From the NCBI RefSeq assembly GCF_018977255.1, contig NW_024704742.1, positions 67,272,001 to 67,336,000 on the forward strand: a DNA stretch of 64,000 bases, in the 5' to 3' direction. How positions within the stretch are numbered: position 1 is the first letter of the stretch; each line of letters opens with the position of its first letter. This DNA is from Callorhinchus milii (Eukaryota). Positions 1-13,704 of this stretch are shown here, piece by piece. Both the position numbers and the translations under genes were made by a program. The notes beneath the pieces are model-generated. The model saw nothing but the letters and a program-made list of their open reading frames with translations, did no database searches and was not told the DNA's origin.

Positions 1-804
1 ACTGAGTCAGGCTGACATCTTGAATCTTTGAAATAAATTATTACCTTGCTTATTACAGCAACGTAATAAATTTGGGGAAAAATAAAAATTGTTCATGTAA
101 TATCTTATTCCAGGATCGGCTTCAAGAGGCGCATAATATGATGTTCCAGATTCTAACAACCATTCCTTTGTATAAGATCTATCTTCTATTTTTTACTGTA
201 TACCTCACACCTCTAATCGTACTTACTCCACACTTGCTCTCTGTCTTGTTTTCTGCTCAGCACTTTGGGACTTCCTCCCAATATGAAAGATGTTATACAA
301 ATGTTTAAAATCCTAATGGGACCTAATGGAGGTGTTTAAAATGGGAGTTGAGGTACAGATCAGCCATGATTTTATAGAATGGCGGAACAGGCTCGAGGTG
401 CTGAATTGCTTACTCCTGTTCCTATTATCCTAATTGACTGTTGTTGTTATTGTTGTTGTTGCTTTAATTTCATTTTGCTCACAAAATATACAGTCAATTC
501 TCTTTACAGTATATTCTGTAAAGCACTTTGAGATGCGAAAAGGTGCTATATCAAATGCAAGGATTATTATTATATATTATATTTCTCTGAGCTTTCCATT
601 GATGTTCCTTCTGAACTCCAAATAGTCTGTCCTATACAAATATCCTCCTCTGGGCATCCACACGGAGTTCACTTCAAGATTCCTAGCACCGTCTCCATTT
701 CCAACTCACAGTCTAGTCTGGCACTCCAATACGGTGCTGGGGTGGAATGCTGTATTATCAAAGGTGATGTCCCTCAGGTGAGATGTTCAATCAAGGTTTA
801 GCAT

Positions 805-1160
805 CCTGATGGGACCTAATAGAGATGTTTAAAATTATAAAAGGGTTTGATAAGGTTGGCATAAATAGGCTGCTTCCACTGGTTGGGGAGTCCATAACCA
901 GGGGACGCAAGTATAAGATAGCGAGTATGGGATGTAGAAGAGAATTTAGGAGGAGTGCCTTCATGCAGAGGGTAGTGAGACTGTGGAACTCAGTGCCTGA
1001 AGCGGTGGTTAAATCAGATAGTGTAGATGCAATCAAGAGGAAGCTAAACCTTCACATGAGGGAGAGGATATTAGAAGGATATGGAAGGGAGTAAGAAATG
1101 GGTGAAGATTCTTGTGTAGTTAAACACTGTTAACCTGTTTCCGTGCTGTACATTCTTTCC
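805..1160 (+). mobile_element. CR1 LINE 3' fragment
   Basis: MFKIIKGFDKV..TRGRKYKI..FMQRVVRLWNSVP (CR1 ORF2 C-terminus). Confidence 0.85.
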
Positions 1161-2434
1161 AAATCTTCATAAGGAGATTTTCTGTCAGTTCAGGTCCACG
1201 TTAAAAATCCTATGGCACGACAGAGAAAGAGAAGGGAGTTTCTCCTGGTGTCCTGGCCAATAATCCCCAGACAATGTCAATTATTCTCTTCATGTCTGCT
1301 TGTGGAACATTGTGGTGCGCAAATTGGCTGCTGCATTTGTTGTTGCATTTACTTACAAAATACAGTCACTGCACTTCACAGAAAAGGATTTACTTTGTAA
1401 GCAAAATACAGATATGTTTCAATGACTTGATAAGCTGCTGTATCAAATGCAAGGATTACTATTATTAATACTCTTTCCCTGTGCCTCAACACACCGCATT
1501 TGCTCACCTTACTCTTGTCTTCACTTCTTACAATATACAGGCTTGTATAAAACAGTTTTTGGCGGCATTTAACTCCTGCTTCTTGATTTATCTCATCATA
1601 TCTTCTATTCTTTCCAGGCTCAGTGCTGTTGGGCTCGGCTCTAAGCTTTCTCAATAAAAAAACCTGCCTTGTGTTTATTCCTAGTGACTCTCACTCTGAG
1701 CCAAATAAATTTTTTGGAGTTTTATATCAATGAAAAAAAAACAGTCACAAAATTTAACCACTATTTCTTTTTCCTCTTACTTGGCAACAAGTTGAAATAG
1801 CTGCAGACATAGTTTAGTCACAGTCTTTTAACTTAAGAACTTTTAAATAAATCATTGCTTTTCATCCTTTCTGCCTCCTTTACCTAAAATAGGTGTCAGC
1901 TTGGCTCAGTTGGTAGCACTCTTGCTTCTGAGTCAGAGGAGATGGGCTCCAGCCCTATATCAATCATTCCCTTGTGCCATACCGAAACTCTGGAACACTC
2001 TTTCCTATCTTCAGGTCATGCCTGAAGACCTTCCTCTTCGACTGTGCCTATGGTCACCTCCCCCTGGCTCATCATCATGCTCTGCCTCTGTCAAGTGCTC
2101 TGGGACGCAACCCAACATGAGGGACATTATATAAATGCAAGTTGTTATTGAACTCACTGTCTGGGCTGACACTCTAATACAGTGCTGGGGAACACTGCAT
2201 TGTTACAGGTGCCTTCCTTTGGATGAGACGATAAACTGAGATCCCGTCTCCCTGTTCAGGTGATGTCAAAGATTCCATGGCACTATTTGAAAAAATAAGG
2301 GAGTTTCTCTCCGGTGTCCTGGCCAACAATCCCCCCAAATAAAATAGGTCACTCACTTTGCAACTATTTCTGGGACATTGCTCTGTGCAAATTGGTCGAT
2401 GTGATTGCTTACAAAATACAAAGCCATTTATGTA

Positions 2435-2888
2435 ATAATAATCATAATCCTCGCATTTGGTAGAGCACCGTATCACATCGGATGGACGCCTCAAAGTGCT
2501 TCACAGGATTAACAGTGAAATGGAGAGATTGTGCGTATTTGTTGGCAAATTCAACAGCACAATTGCACGCAGCAAAGTCCCACAAACAGCCATGAAACAA
2601 ATGAACAATTTTATTATTTGGGAGGATTGTTTGCTAGGATACCGGGAGAAATTCCCTTCATTTTTTGAAATAGCTCAATGGGATCTTTAACGTCCACATG
2701 AACAGGCAGATGGGACCTCGGTTTAACCTCTCATCCAAAAGATGACACCTTTGACAATGCAACACCCCACCCAGCATTGCATTGGAGTGTCATCTTAGAC
2801 TATCTGATTCAAGTCCTGACGTGGGGCTTGAACCCACAAGCTTCTGACTCAGGAGCGAGAGTGCTACCACTGCACCAGACTGACACAC
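2435..2888 (-). mobile_element. DeuSINE-type SINE (type B), near full length
   Basis: Head, Deu core and tail on the minus strand. It lies tail-to-tail with a plus-strand copy at about 2155-2435. Confidence 0.85.
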
Positions 2889-3560
2889 ATATAGTATGTT
2901 TCATGCCTCAAACCCTTTATACTGTGAGTTGATCACCCAAACCAGATCCTGTGAAGGACTCCTTCACAGAGATGAAACCCCTAACGTGAAAGGGGCTATG
3001 TCAATTGCAAGCAATGTTATTATAATGGGCCGAAAAGACAATGGTACGAGGCAGTTCAGGATCGTGAGTTCTCTGCCTCTGATACTGGCACACGTTTCAC
3101 TTGTTTGCTCTGGTGGGTTTTCACTATCTAAACATAGATGTTTGAAGGTAGTGAATAGTGATAGTGAAGGTTAAGGACACCCTGCAGTTCTACTAATGTT
3201 CATATTAGAAACTGGCAGAAGGGACTTCGGTTTAAAGTCTCATCCAAAGAACGACACCTCCAACAAGGACGGCACCTAAGGCAATGCAACACCGCCCCCA
3301 CCCAGCGCTGCATTGGAATGTCATCTTAGGCAATGTGATTCCAAGTTCCAACGTGGGACTGTTAGCCAGGACATCGGAAGGAATTCCCATCTCTTTTCGA
3401 ATAGTGCCATGGGATCTTTAAACATCCATAACAACAACAACAAATTTATATGGCGCCTTTCACGTTGGGAGGACGTGTCTCATCTGAAGGACGGCACCTT
3501 GCCAGCACTGCACTAGAGTGGAATGTGGGACTCTTGACTGAGTGAGCTCAAAGTCTTGAT

Positions 3561-3862
3561 GTGGTTAGAGCACTCGCCTTGCAAGCAAGACACCTGGGTT
3601 CAATTCCAGGCAGAGGGCGAAACCTTGAGCAAGTTTCCTTACTCCACACACCTAATAATAATCCCTCCAAAACAAAACAATAATAAATTGGTCATTTTCA
3701 ATCCACGACTGTTTTGGGACACTGCTGTGCGCAATTGACTGCTAGTTTCACCCACAAATATACGGTCAATTCACTTTACAGTTTATTCTGTGAAACGCTT
3801 TGAGATGTCGAGAAGTCGTGAAAAGCGCTATATCAAATGCAAGGATTATTATTATTATTATT
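3561..3862 (+). mobile_element. Short tRNA-Ala SINE (type A) nested in a minus-strand DeuSINE
   Basis: Type A body and tail. The host SINE continues at 3863-3922. Confidence 0.88.
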
Positions 3863-4059
3863 GAACCCACAATCTTCCGATTTGAAGGAAAAAGTGCTTC
3901 CGACTGAGCCAGGCTGACACCTATTTCATCCATTTCTCTTTGCTTGTTTTCTCAAGGTCTATTTTATTTATACCATTGTCAATGTTATGAACTAATTAAA
4001 GGAAGTTGAGAGTTTCATAGCTTGTTGTGCAGCCAAGTTTCTAAGCTTCTATAAAGATT

Positions 4060-4582
4060 GGGGAGATATATTGGCCCTGGAGAAGGTGCAGCATAGATTC
4101 ATCAAAATGATACCAGGGCTTAAAGGGTTAAATTATGAGGCCAGGTTGCATAAACTTGGTCTCTATTCCCTTGAGTTTAGAAGGTTGAGGGGTAATCTGA
4201 TTGCGGTGGTTGAAATAGTAAAGGGATTCAATAGGGTTGCTACAGAGAAACTATTTCCTCTGTTGGGGAATCCAAAACAAGGGACATCATCTTAAAATTA
4301 GAGCTTGGCCATTTAGCAGTGAAATCAGGAAACAGTTTTTTCACCCAAAGGGTAGTGGATATCTGGAATTTTCTCCCCCAAAAGGCTGTGGATCTGGATC
4401 CAAACAAATTTTCAAGACTGAAGTGGATTGATTTTTGGTAGGTAAGAGTACAAAGGGATATGGGGCAAAGGTGGGTAAATGGAGTTGAGTTATTACAGAT
4501 CAGCCAAGATCTAATAGAATGGCAGAACAGGCTCAAGCGGCTGAATGACCTACTCCTGTAGCCTATGTTCTTATGTTCCTAC
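4060..4582 (+). mobile_element. CR1 LINE 3' fragment
   Basis: ALEKVQHRFIKMIPGLKGLNYEARLHKLGLYSLEFRRLRGNLI, ending in a CCTATGTT-type tail. Confidence 0.9.
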
Positions 4583-7500
4583 ATTGTCATGGAATATGCT
4601 GGTCTGTGGTGGGATGTGCCATTGAAACCGGTCCCCTATTACCTGAGAACAGCCCAGATAAGAGCCGAGTAATACAGTCACTACGCTTCATAGTGAATCC
4701 TGTGAAGCGCTTTGAGACATCTCGATGACGTGATAGGATGCTACCTGCATTGCAAGTATTATTATAAGTGAACGATCCATAAAAGAGCATTTATCTTAAT
4801 GGAAACTAAAGGGACGGTATTTGTCGAGTAAAGCTACCTTTGTATAATGCCAAAAAAAAGCCTCAGGAATTTCTTATGTTGTCAATAAAATAGTCACATG
4901 TAGCTCAGCTCTTAAAATTCTGCCATTAATTCCTGTGCCGACCCAACGGAATTTCGGACTCATAGTCCACACAGAGCAGGACTCTAGCTGTGTTTATTGC
5001 ATGAATATGTGTCCAGTACCTGGACAGCAGGGAAAGGAATTTGCAAAGTCAAATCATTTTCAGGCATCAAAACATAAGGGTTGGCACAAATCTCCTACCA
5101 CAGCTAACAAAAGCAGCTGTTTGTTACTATCCTACAATCTACTGATGGAAGATATAAAACGCTCACATTTTCCAATGCTGCTGTCTCTGCACTCGAAGAG
5201 AACAGGCTTTATAACTTAATAATAATAATCCTTGTGTTTGATATAGAGCCTTATTATGTCATTAACACGAATCAAAGCGCTTCACAGAATATATTGTCAA
5301 GTAGATTGATTGTGTATTTTGTGGGTGAAATGCAGCAGACAATTGCACACAAGAGTGTTCCACAAACAGACGTGGATTAAGCGACCAAATTTGTTTTCCC
5401 CAATGTTAAGAAGGATTGTGAGGGCTTCAAAACTTTTCTGTACAGTATAGTGACTGTATAAGTGTAGGCACTTGTTGTAGCCACAGTGTAACTGCAGTAT
5501 AAGCAAACTCGCACAGTAGTGAAGCGTGTTATAATGTACACAGTACTTCTGTTAGCAGCTTGTTAGAGGAATTGGTTTGAGCCAGATGCTGAACCCGGTG
5601 GAGTTATTTAAAATCAAATACAAATAAAAAGGCGATGGGCGAAAGCACCCGCTGCTTCCCAAGTTACGAGCTGTCACCATTGATACTGTTCACAAGTACG
5701 GTCACCATTGACAACCACGATCACAGGCTGAGCCCACTTTGCAGGTCACTTTTGTGATGAAGCCTGGATGTAGGTAAATTGATCTTTGCCATCTGTCAGA
5801 GACTGTACGTTCTCTGTCTGTGCGTGTCCTGTCACCCTGAATTGAGCAAAGAGGAAACAAACGAAAGCATTTGAAGAACACAGTATCTCCATTTATCTTT
5901 TCAGATATGCATCACCTTTGTGTGAGGGGGCATATAATGGACAAAGACTATTCTTGTTTACCGATCTACCGGTCCTTCCTTGTGTCAATTGGATGAGAGA
6001 AGAAACAGTGATGACCTTTACCCCATTCCCCCCTCTCACCCACCCGAGCCCCCTCCTATCCACACATGCAAACACACCCTCTCTGCATTACCCTCCTAAG
6101 AACAAATGTCAGGTTTAAAAGTTTATGTAAAGGCCATGTTATCATTCAGCCCCCATCTGCCCAGCCCGCTTGATCTCCTCAATCAAAAAAGGGATGAAAT
6201 GAGAACAGGCTTGTTTCAAAGAATCAGGGCTATTGAAACACCTTGTTGCCCCCCTCCGCCTTCCTTCCCAGAGAAGAAAGCTCCTGATATGGATCTTCAC
6301 AGGTAAAACAGCTCAATCCTTATTTTTCCAGACTGGAATGCGTGCAAAGGCACTGAAACAAAAAACACCTCTGAACTGATTTCACTGCACTATCGCTGAA
6401 TCTACTATCTCCACATTTTTCTAAGCAAGTGTGTGCGAACAAAAAGAGAGATAGATCTTCATGCCTTTATCATTGATATAACAGAGAAATGTTATTGTGG
6501 ATGTCAACTGTGCATTAATAGTGTACGACTGTACTTGGGGAAGGGAAAGGGAATTTGCTTTGATCTCCCCACATGACGGTAGCTGTAAAAATATTTTCTT
6601 TTTTTTTCATTGAACACATTGAACACACAGAAAGAAATCGCTTTGATCTCACTTTGATTCGTGAAAAGGATGTTTTCGGGATGAGACGGTGGTTGTTTAA
6701 AGAAAAATCTTTCCGCTGTTAAACTCCCAATAGTTTCATGCCCCTGACTATCATGTCCCTGAGTTCTGTCAGGTTATAACAATAATAATGTAATCTTTAC
6801 ATTTGATACAGCGCCTTTCACGACAGAAGGATGCCTCAAAGTGCTTCACAGGATATACTATAGACAGCAAAGCAAAGCAATGCGTGTATTCCACTCTGTT
6901 GTAGGCTAATTCATAGAGAATTAATTCCTATGAACATTTCCATTAAAGTAGCATGCAACTACCAGGTTGATGGAAGGTGAACTAGATGGACCTTGGACTT
7001 TTTTTGTCTAGCAATTCCTGTGTTCCTATGTATTTATAGGCAAATGCAGCACTCAATTTGCAAATCACCATGAATTGAATGACCAATTTTATCTGGGGGA
7101 TTGTTGGCCAGGACACCGGGAGAAAATCCCTGCTCTTTTCTGAACAGTGTTGTGGGATCTTTAACGTCCACCTGAACAGGTAGACAGGACCTCCGACAAT
7201 GGATGCCCCCCTCCCCCCCAAGGACTGCATTGGAGTCTCAGCCTAGGCTGTGAGTTCAAGGTCCCATTTACCTGTTCAGGTGAATGTTAAAGATCCTGCG
7301 GCACTATTCAATTTGAAAAGAGAAGCAGAGTTGGTTAACTGACAAATCACCCAGTTGAAAAAAATGGCCATTCACTTTAAGGCTGTTTGAGGATCATTGT
7401 CTTGGGCAAATTGGCTGCTGCGTTCGCCTTCAAAATACTCAGTCACTGAATTTGTGGGGTTATAGGGTAAGGTCCTTATCATCAACTAATCTGTTAAACG

Positions 7501-8084
7501 TGGACGGAGCTGTTGTCTTGTTTGTCACAGGCACCTGAACTCCTGACCAGAACCCAAACAAACAAACCAGCCTCTGGTGCTGAAAGAGTTAAGCCCACAG
7601 GTGCGAGGTTGTGAAGCCAGTCTTTTAACCCGGTCCCTGTAGACTGTTTGCTTTTTCTTTGACAAGTATTGCATTTGTGTCTAGCAGAGGGTAAGGAACC
7701 AGTCAGCAAGAGGGAAATGTGAGGTGTGAGGTCAATGAGCAGCCACTGAAAATGTTCCTGACCGGCACTGAGCAATGGCAGCCATGAAACATACAAATGG
7801 GACTAGGCTATTTAGCTCCTCAAGCTTGTTCTGCCAATTGATAAGATCATGGCGGATCTGTACCTCAGGTCCAGTTACCCGCCCTTGCCCCATATCCCTT
7901 AATACCCTGACCTAACAAATATCTATTTACCTCCATCTTGAAACACCAGAGTCCTCATCCCTTGGCAACAACTTGCATTTATATTGTGTCCTTCACACAA
8001 AAAATGACTTGGAGATCTGTACAGTGGTGGATGCCCAGCTCGGGAGGGAGGTGGGGAGGTAACTGTAGCATGGTCAAAGAGGTA

Positions 8085-8472
8085 CTGGGGCAAGGAATCC
8101 TCCCACTCAACTCCTGTTCACCCTGCAAACCAAAGCCCTAATGGGTAGCATAGTCCTAGCCAGACAAGCAGCGGGAAAACTTGCCAGACAGCAATATCAT
8201 TGGCAAGCTATGCGGTTTTAGCTGGTTAGACTTCAGCAGTTACCCCAACACACACTCTGGGGTCCCCAAGCCTTGGCTCTTGTCAACCTGCACCTAATAC
8301 TTTTCGAAATTAGGTAAGCAGGATGTGTCCCTCCAGGCAGAGAGTGCACATTCCATTCCAGGTGTGGGAATTTCCATGTGTGGGTGACATACATGGAACT
8401 GTCAGGCTGATTTGGATATGATTAAACATGATGATGGATTTCCACACATGTCAGACACCTGGCTGAAAAAAA
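8085..8472 (+). mobile_element. Unclassified poly(A)-ended interspersed repeat (family C)
   Basis: Homologous to about 19000-19200, 25803-26095 (-), 29830-30014, 41580-41670 (-), 44839-45492 and 63620-63800 (-). Ends GTCAGACACCTGGCTGA(CC)An. Confidence 0.8.
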
Positions 8473-8704
8473 TCCTGCAGCCCACCCACCACTCTCTCAT
8501 CCCACCTCTCCCCACTCGTTAAATATTTGACTTGATGAAATCCTAATGCACATGACATACAAAAGCAATAATAGATAATAGTCCTTGCATCTGATAAAGC
8601 ACTTTTCACATCTTGAGGACATCCCAAAGCGCTTCACAGGATTTACTGTAAAGTGCAGTGGCTGTGTATTTGTGGGTGAATGCAGTAACTAATTTACGCA
8701 CAGC

Positions 8705-9205
8705 AATAATAATATAACAATACTCCTTGTATTTGATATAGTACCTTATCATATCTTCTAGACGTCTCAAAGCGCTTCACAGAATATACTGTAAAGTAAA
8801 ATGCAAAATACTGCAGATACTGGAAATCTGAAACAAAAACTGAAATCGCTGGGAACACTCAATAGGTCAGGCGACATCTATTGAAAGTGAGTCCACGACG
8901 TTTTGGGTCAGTGTCGTTTTGTGTCCTTCATTGGGACCCAACGTTTCAGGTCCTTCGTCAGGTTCTGACTTCTGTTTTTGATACTGTAAAGTGAATTGAC
9001 TATATTTGTGAGTGAAACGCCACAGCCAATTGCACACAACAAACAGTTGTGGATTGAAGTGACCAATTTATTATTTTTTTTTGTCTTGAGGGATTATTAT
9101 CAGGCATGTGGAATAAAAAAACTTGCCCAAGATTTTGCTCTGCCAAGAATCGAACCCAGGTCTCTCTCTTGCAAGGTGCTCTAAATGCTGAGCTACGGGA
9201 CTCCG
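8705..9205 (-). mobile_element. Type A SINE interrupted by a Penelope-like insert
   Basis: Tail at about 8705-8797; body and head at 8981-9205. Confidence 0.85.
8798..8980. mobile_element. Penelope-like terminal-repeat fragment with degenerate hammerhead-like cores
   Basis: Perfect 12-bp flanking duplication ATACTGTAAAGT (8786-8797 / 8981-8992). The minus strand reads CTGACGAAGGACCTGAAACGT. The family assignment is from recalled similarity only. Confidence 0.6.
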
Positions 9206-10385
9206 AAGAGCTGAGCAATGTCTTACAAACTGTCATGAAACGAATGACCAATTGTATTTGGGGGATTTGACCAATTTGTATTTGTATTTGACCAATCCAA
9301 TTTGGGGGATTGTTGGCCAGGACATCAGGAGAAATTCCGTTTTTTTTTAATAGTGCCACAGGATTTTTTAGGTCCACCTGAACAGCAGACGGTTTAAGGT
9401 CTCACCCGAAGGACGGCGCCTCCGACAATGTAGCACTTCCCCAGCACTGCCTTGTCAGTTCAGACTATGTGAGCTCAAATCCCGATGTGGGGCACAATCT
9501 TCTGACTCAAAGCTGAGGGTGCTGCCACTGAGCCAGCCTGACACACTGTCACATGAGGTAACATTATATAGATTGACTGTAAACGGCTGCTAATAGAACT
9601 TTACCCGCTGTCATTGACACATGCCAACGATAACAAGACCATTGAGTAGGAACCATCAAAGGCTGCGATCTGCAACTGCCTGGAGCAACGGCTCAAGCAT
9701 TTAGCAGGGCTCATGACGACGAGTCTGCTGCAGGTGGAGACATAGGGGTGGAAGCGAAGGGGAGCAAAACAGAGAGATTGTGTTGCAGGTAAGTGCGGGG
9801 ATATCATTTCAGTTTGCAACGACGCCTGGCAAGGAACTGTGGTGGAGAAGAATGGAGCCTTTATGCAGTTTTCCTGGAACTGAGGATCTGCAGGGCATAT
9901 GTAGAAGTTAACTGCATCCTATTGTACGATACATTTCTGTGTCTTATTTTCAATTAATTAGGAACTTTGAGAACAAACCTGCTGGTATGCTGTTTTGTCT
10001 AAGCTAAGTATCGCCAATAAAATAAACTGACAGATAAATGCCGCATTGCACTTAAGATAGATCACAAAGACAAGGCAGTTTCAACAACAACAACAAAATA
10101 CATTTGTACAGTGCCTTGCATGTCAGGAGGACATCCCAAAATACTAAACAGTCAAGATTTACACCCAAGATGGGATTTGTGATTAGGAGGGGTTGAGGCC
10201 AGGGTAGGTGGGGGTTAGGAGGGCAACTGAAGCTTGGTTGATTTGGAAAGTTTTGAGACAGGCCTTCAAGGAGGACATTCACAAGGATCTGGGGGAAGAA
10301 TAACAATAATCCTTACATTTGATATAGCATATTTCATGTTGTGAGGGTGTTTCAAAGTACTTCACAGCATTTTACTGTGAAGTGT

Positions 10386-10978
10386 GGTGGCAAACTCTCT
10401 GCTTGTCGGCCTTCCCAACTCCTCCCTCCACAGGCTGCAGATAATCCAGAACTCTGCAGCCCGTGTCCTCTCCCGCACCAAACTCCGTGAGCCCATCTCC
10501 GCCATTCTCACCCAACTCCACTGGCTCCCTATCCTTCAGAGGATCCAGTTCAAGATCCTGTTCCTCACCTACAAAGCCCTCCATGGCCTCACCCCACCCT
10601 ACCTCTGCGACCTCCTAAACCCCTACTAACTCGCCGATTCCCTCCGCTCAGCTGGCTCTGGCCTGCTCAACGTCCCCCAACCCATCCGCCCCACAATTGG
10701 CGGGAGAGCCTTCAGCCACTCTGCCCCACCATTAGCGGGAGAGCCTTCAGCCACTCTGCCCCCAACCTCTGGAATTCCAGCCCCCAATCACTCCGCCTCA
10801 CCCCCCCTTAGCCTCCTTCAAGTCCCGCCTCAAGACCCTCCTCTTCGACCATGCCATCAGCCACCCTTCCCCTCCCTTCCCCCCCAGCTCGGGTCTGAAA
10901 TGCTGTACACTGTCCAGTGCCTTGGGACGTCCTCCAGACGTGAAAGGCGCTATACAAATGTAATCTTGTTGTTGTTGT
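10386..10978 (+). mobile_element. L2 LINE 3' fragment
   Basis: ANSLLVGLPNSSLHRLQIIQNSAAR..LHWLPILQRIQFKIL and (TTG)n tail. Internal 28-bp duplication at about 10700-10762. Confidence 0.92.
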
Positions 10979-11019
10979 GTATTTATATGTGTGTCAAAAT
11001 TCAATTCAAAATGAGACGG

Positions 11020-11740
11020 GAGTTCTGGCACAGTGATAGTACTCTGAGTCTGAAGGTTGTGGGTTGAAGCCCCATATCGGGACTTGGAATCACATAGTCT
11101 AAACTGACACTCCAATGCAGTGCTGGGGGTTGGGTTGCATTGTCAGAGGTGCCGTACTTCGGATGAGACGTTAAACCATGGTCCTGTCTGTCTGTTCAGG
11201 ACGTTAAAGATCCCAAGGCACGATTCAAAAATAGAAGGAAGTTTCTCCTGGTGTCCTGACCGACAATCCCGCAAATAAAATTGGTCGTTCACTACATGGC
11301 TGGTTTTGGGACATTGCTGTGTGCAACTGGCTGCCCTGTTTCACCTACAAAATATACATCTCAACAATGTGATAAGATCCTATATCAAATGCAAGCATTA
11401 TTATTATTATTATTATTGTAGACAAAGGCAGCAGACCATTTTGCACACAGCAACCAGCCAGTCCCACAACCAGCCAAGAAGTGAACGATCAATTTTATTT
11501 GGGGAATTGTTGGCCAGAACACAGGGAGAAATTCCCTTCTCATTTTGAATTGTGTAAAGAAGTCTTTAACGTCCACCTGAACAGGCAGATGTGTCCTTGG
11601 TTTAATGTTTCATCTGAAGGATGGCCTCTATACAATGCTCCCCCCAGTACTGCATTGGAGTGTCAGCCTAGATTATGAATTCATAGTCCTGATGTGGGGT
11701 TTGAATCCACAACCTTTGGGCTCTGAGGTGCAAGTACCAC
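11020..11740. mobile_element. Two adjacent DeuSINEs (type B) in opposite orientation
   Basis: Plus copy at about 11020-11418 and minus copy at about 11420-11740. Confidence 0.85.
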
Positions 11741-13704
11741 CAATATTAAACGTAAGGATTATTATTTTTGTTTAATATGATTTCCTATCTGGAATGCCAG
11801 CTGGCGTTTCTGCTTTTAGGCCAGTTCTCTCCTGAACTTCGCAAATTGGTGCTATTATTCCCATCTGGACTTAGTTACGTTGAATGAGCTTCTATTTGAT
11901 GTCCTCTTTAGTTGCTTCTCTGAACTGAGTGTGCCTCTGGTTTGTCTCAGTTGAGGAAGCAGCATAACAAAATGGATGCACAGTAAACAATAGGGGGCAT
12001 GGAATATAGGAACATATAACAAATTATATTTGTATAGCGCCTTTCACGTCAGGAGGATGTCCCAAGACGCTGACCAATTTTATTTAGAGGATTGTTGCCC
12101 AGGACACTGGGAGAAATTCCCTTCTCTTTTTCAATAGCACCATGGGATCTTCAGTGTCCACCTGAACAGGCACAGACAGGACCTCAGTTTAACATCTCAT
12201 CTGAAGAACAGCACCTCCGAGAATGTTGCAGAATAACTATGCCAATGGGAAATCAGCAACGCAAGAAATGTACGCCTCTGAACGTAAAGTCAGTGGTCAG
12301 CCTGGCTGAGTCGGTAGCACTCTCACCTCTAGATCAGAAGGTTGTGAGTTCAAACCCCACGTGGGGTCTTAAAACTCATACAGTCCAGGCTGATTCTCGC
12401 GAGCTGCAATTGCACCTTTATGGCCCCCTTGACAAAATGCCATTTCCAACAAATAGGATGTAGGAATTCTGGGAGATGGTGGAACATTTTCAGCGTTCCA
12501 TTAAAATGTCAATCAAACACCTTTACTCCCCTCTTTTTCCCTCAAAAAAATAAATGTTGAGTTCTCCTCCAGACCAGAAAAATCAGCAACAGCAACGACA
12601 ACTAACCCCTCACGCAGGGTAGCATCCCAGAGCGCTTGACAGTGGAGGAGCATGATGTCGAGCTGGAGGGAGGTGACCATAGGCAAGGTTGAAGAGGAAA
12701 GTCTTCTGACGCGAACCTGAAGATAGGGAAGCAGGGGGCAAGGCAGAGGGATAGAGGGAGAGAGTACCAGAGTTCCAGAGTTCTGTGGTTGTTACTTGAT
12801 GGCTTTGCACTGTAGAGAATCCAGATGGCAGATGGTTTGAATAGTTTTGTTTTAGCCAACATAATACTTTGGAGACCTCAGTACCAGAGCAGGCAATTAT
12901 TATCCCAAATGATTCTCAATTGGCTGCAAAAATGGTTACCTAACACAGAAGAGACATCTCATTACTGTTATAATGATAACCCAGCATTTGGTAGAGCGTC
13001 TTATCATGTCGTTAAGACGTCTCAAAGGGGTTCATGGAATATACTGCAAAGTGAATTGACTCCATATTTTGTGGACGAAACAAACAAAACAAAAAATCCC
13101 TTCATTATTGTTAAATGTAATTCTGAGACTTGGGACCAGCCTCTATATAACAACTTGGAATGACAGGTGAGGTTGATGTTAATGGTGTGGAGAAAGTTTA
13201 TGGGTGCACTTCATCTCACTGATGCTCTTCTTCCCCCAGAAACTCTTAGAATATAAGAACATTTGAATTAGGAGCAGGAGTAGGCCATTCAGCCCCTCTA
13301 GCCTGCCCCGCCATTCAATAAGATCATTCTATTCTAACTCCACCTACCCGCCTTATCCCCATATCCCGTAATCCATTTATCCACAAGAAATCTATTGATC
13401 TTGTAACAGCTTGGAACATCCTTCTGATGTGAAAGATGCCATACAATTGTAATTTGTTGTTTGTTGTTGTAGATGCTGGAGGTTTTGTGGATGTAATATG
13501 GAATCTAATCCCCATTCCAATAAACACTATTTCCCCCGTATTTATTACAGTATGTAGGGCTATTTATTAGTCTGGCTTTAAAAATGACAACATTGAGATC
13601 TTCCACTTAGATGGAGCCTTCTGATTGTTATTCTCTAAGTCTTTATAAGATTTATAAAAACACACAAAAGTTTTAATTCTCTACTTTGTTCATTATGTTT
13701 GGTT

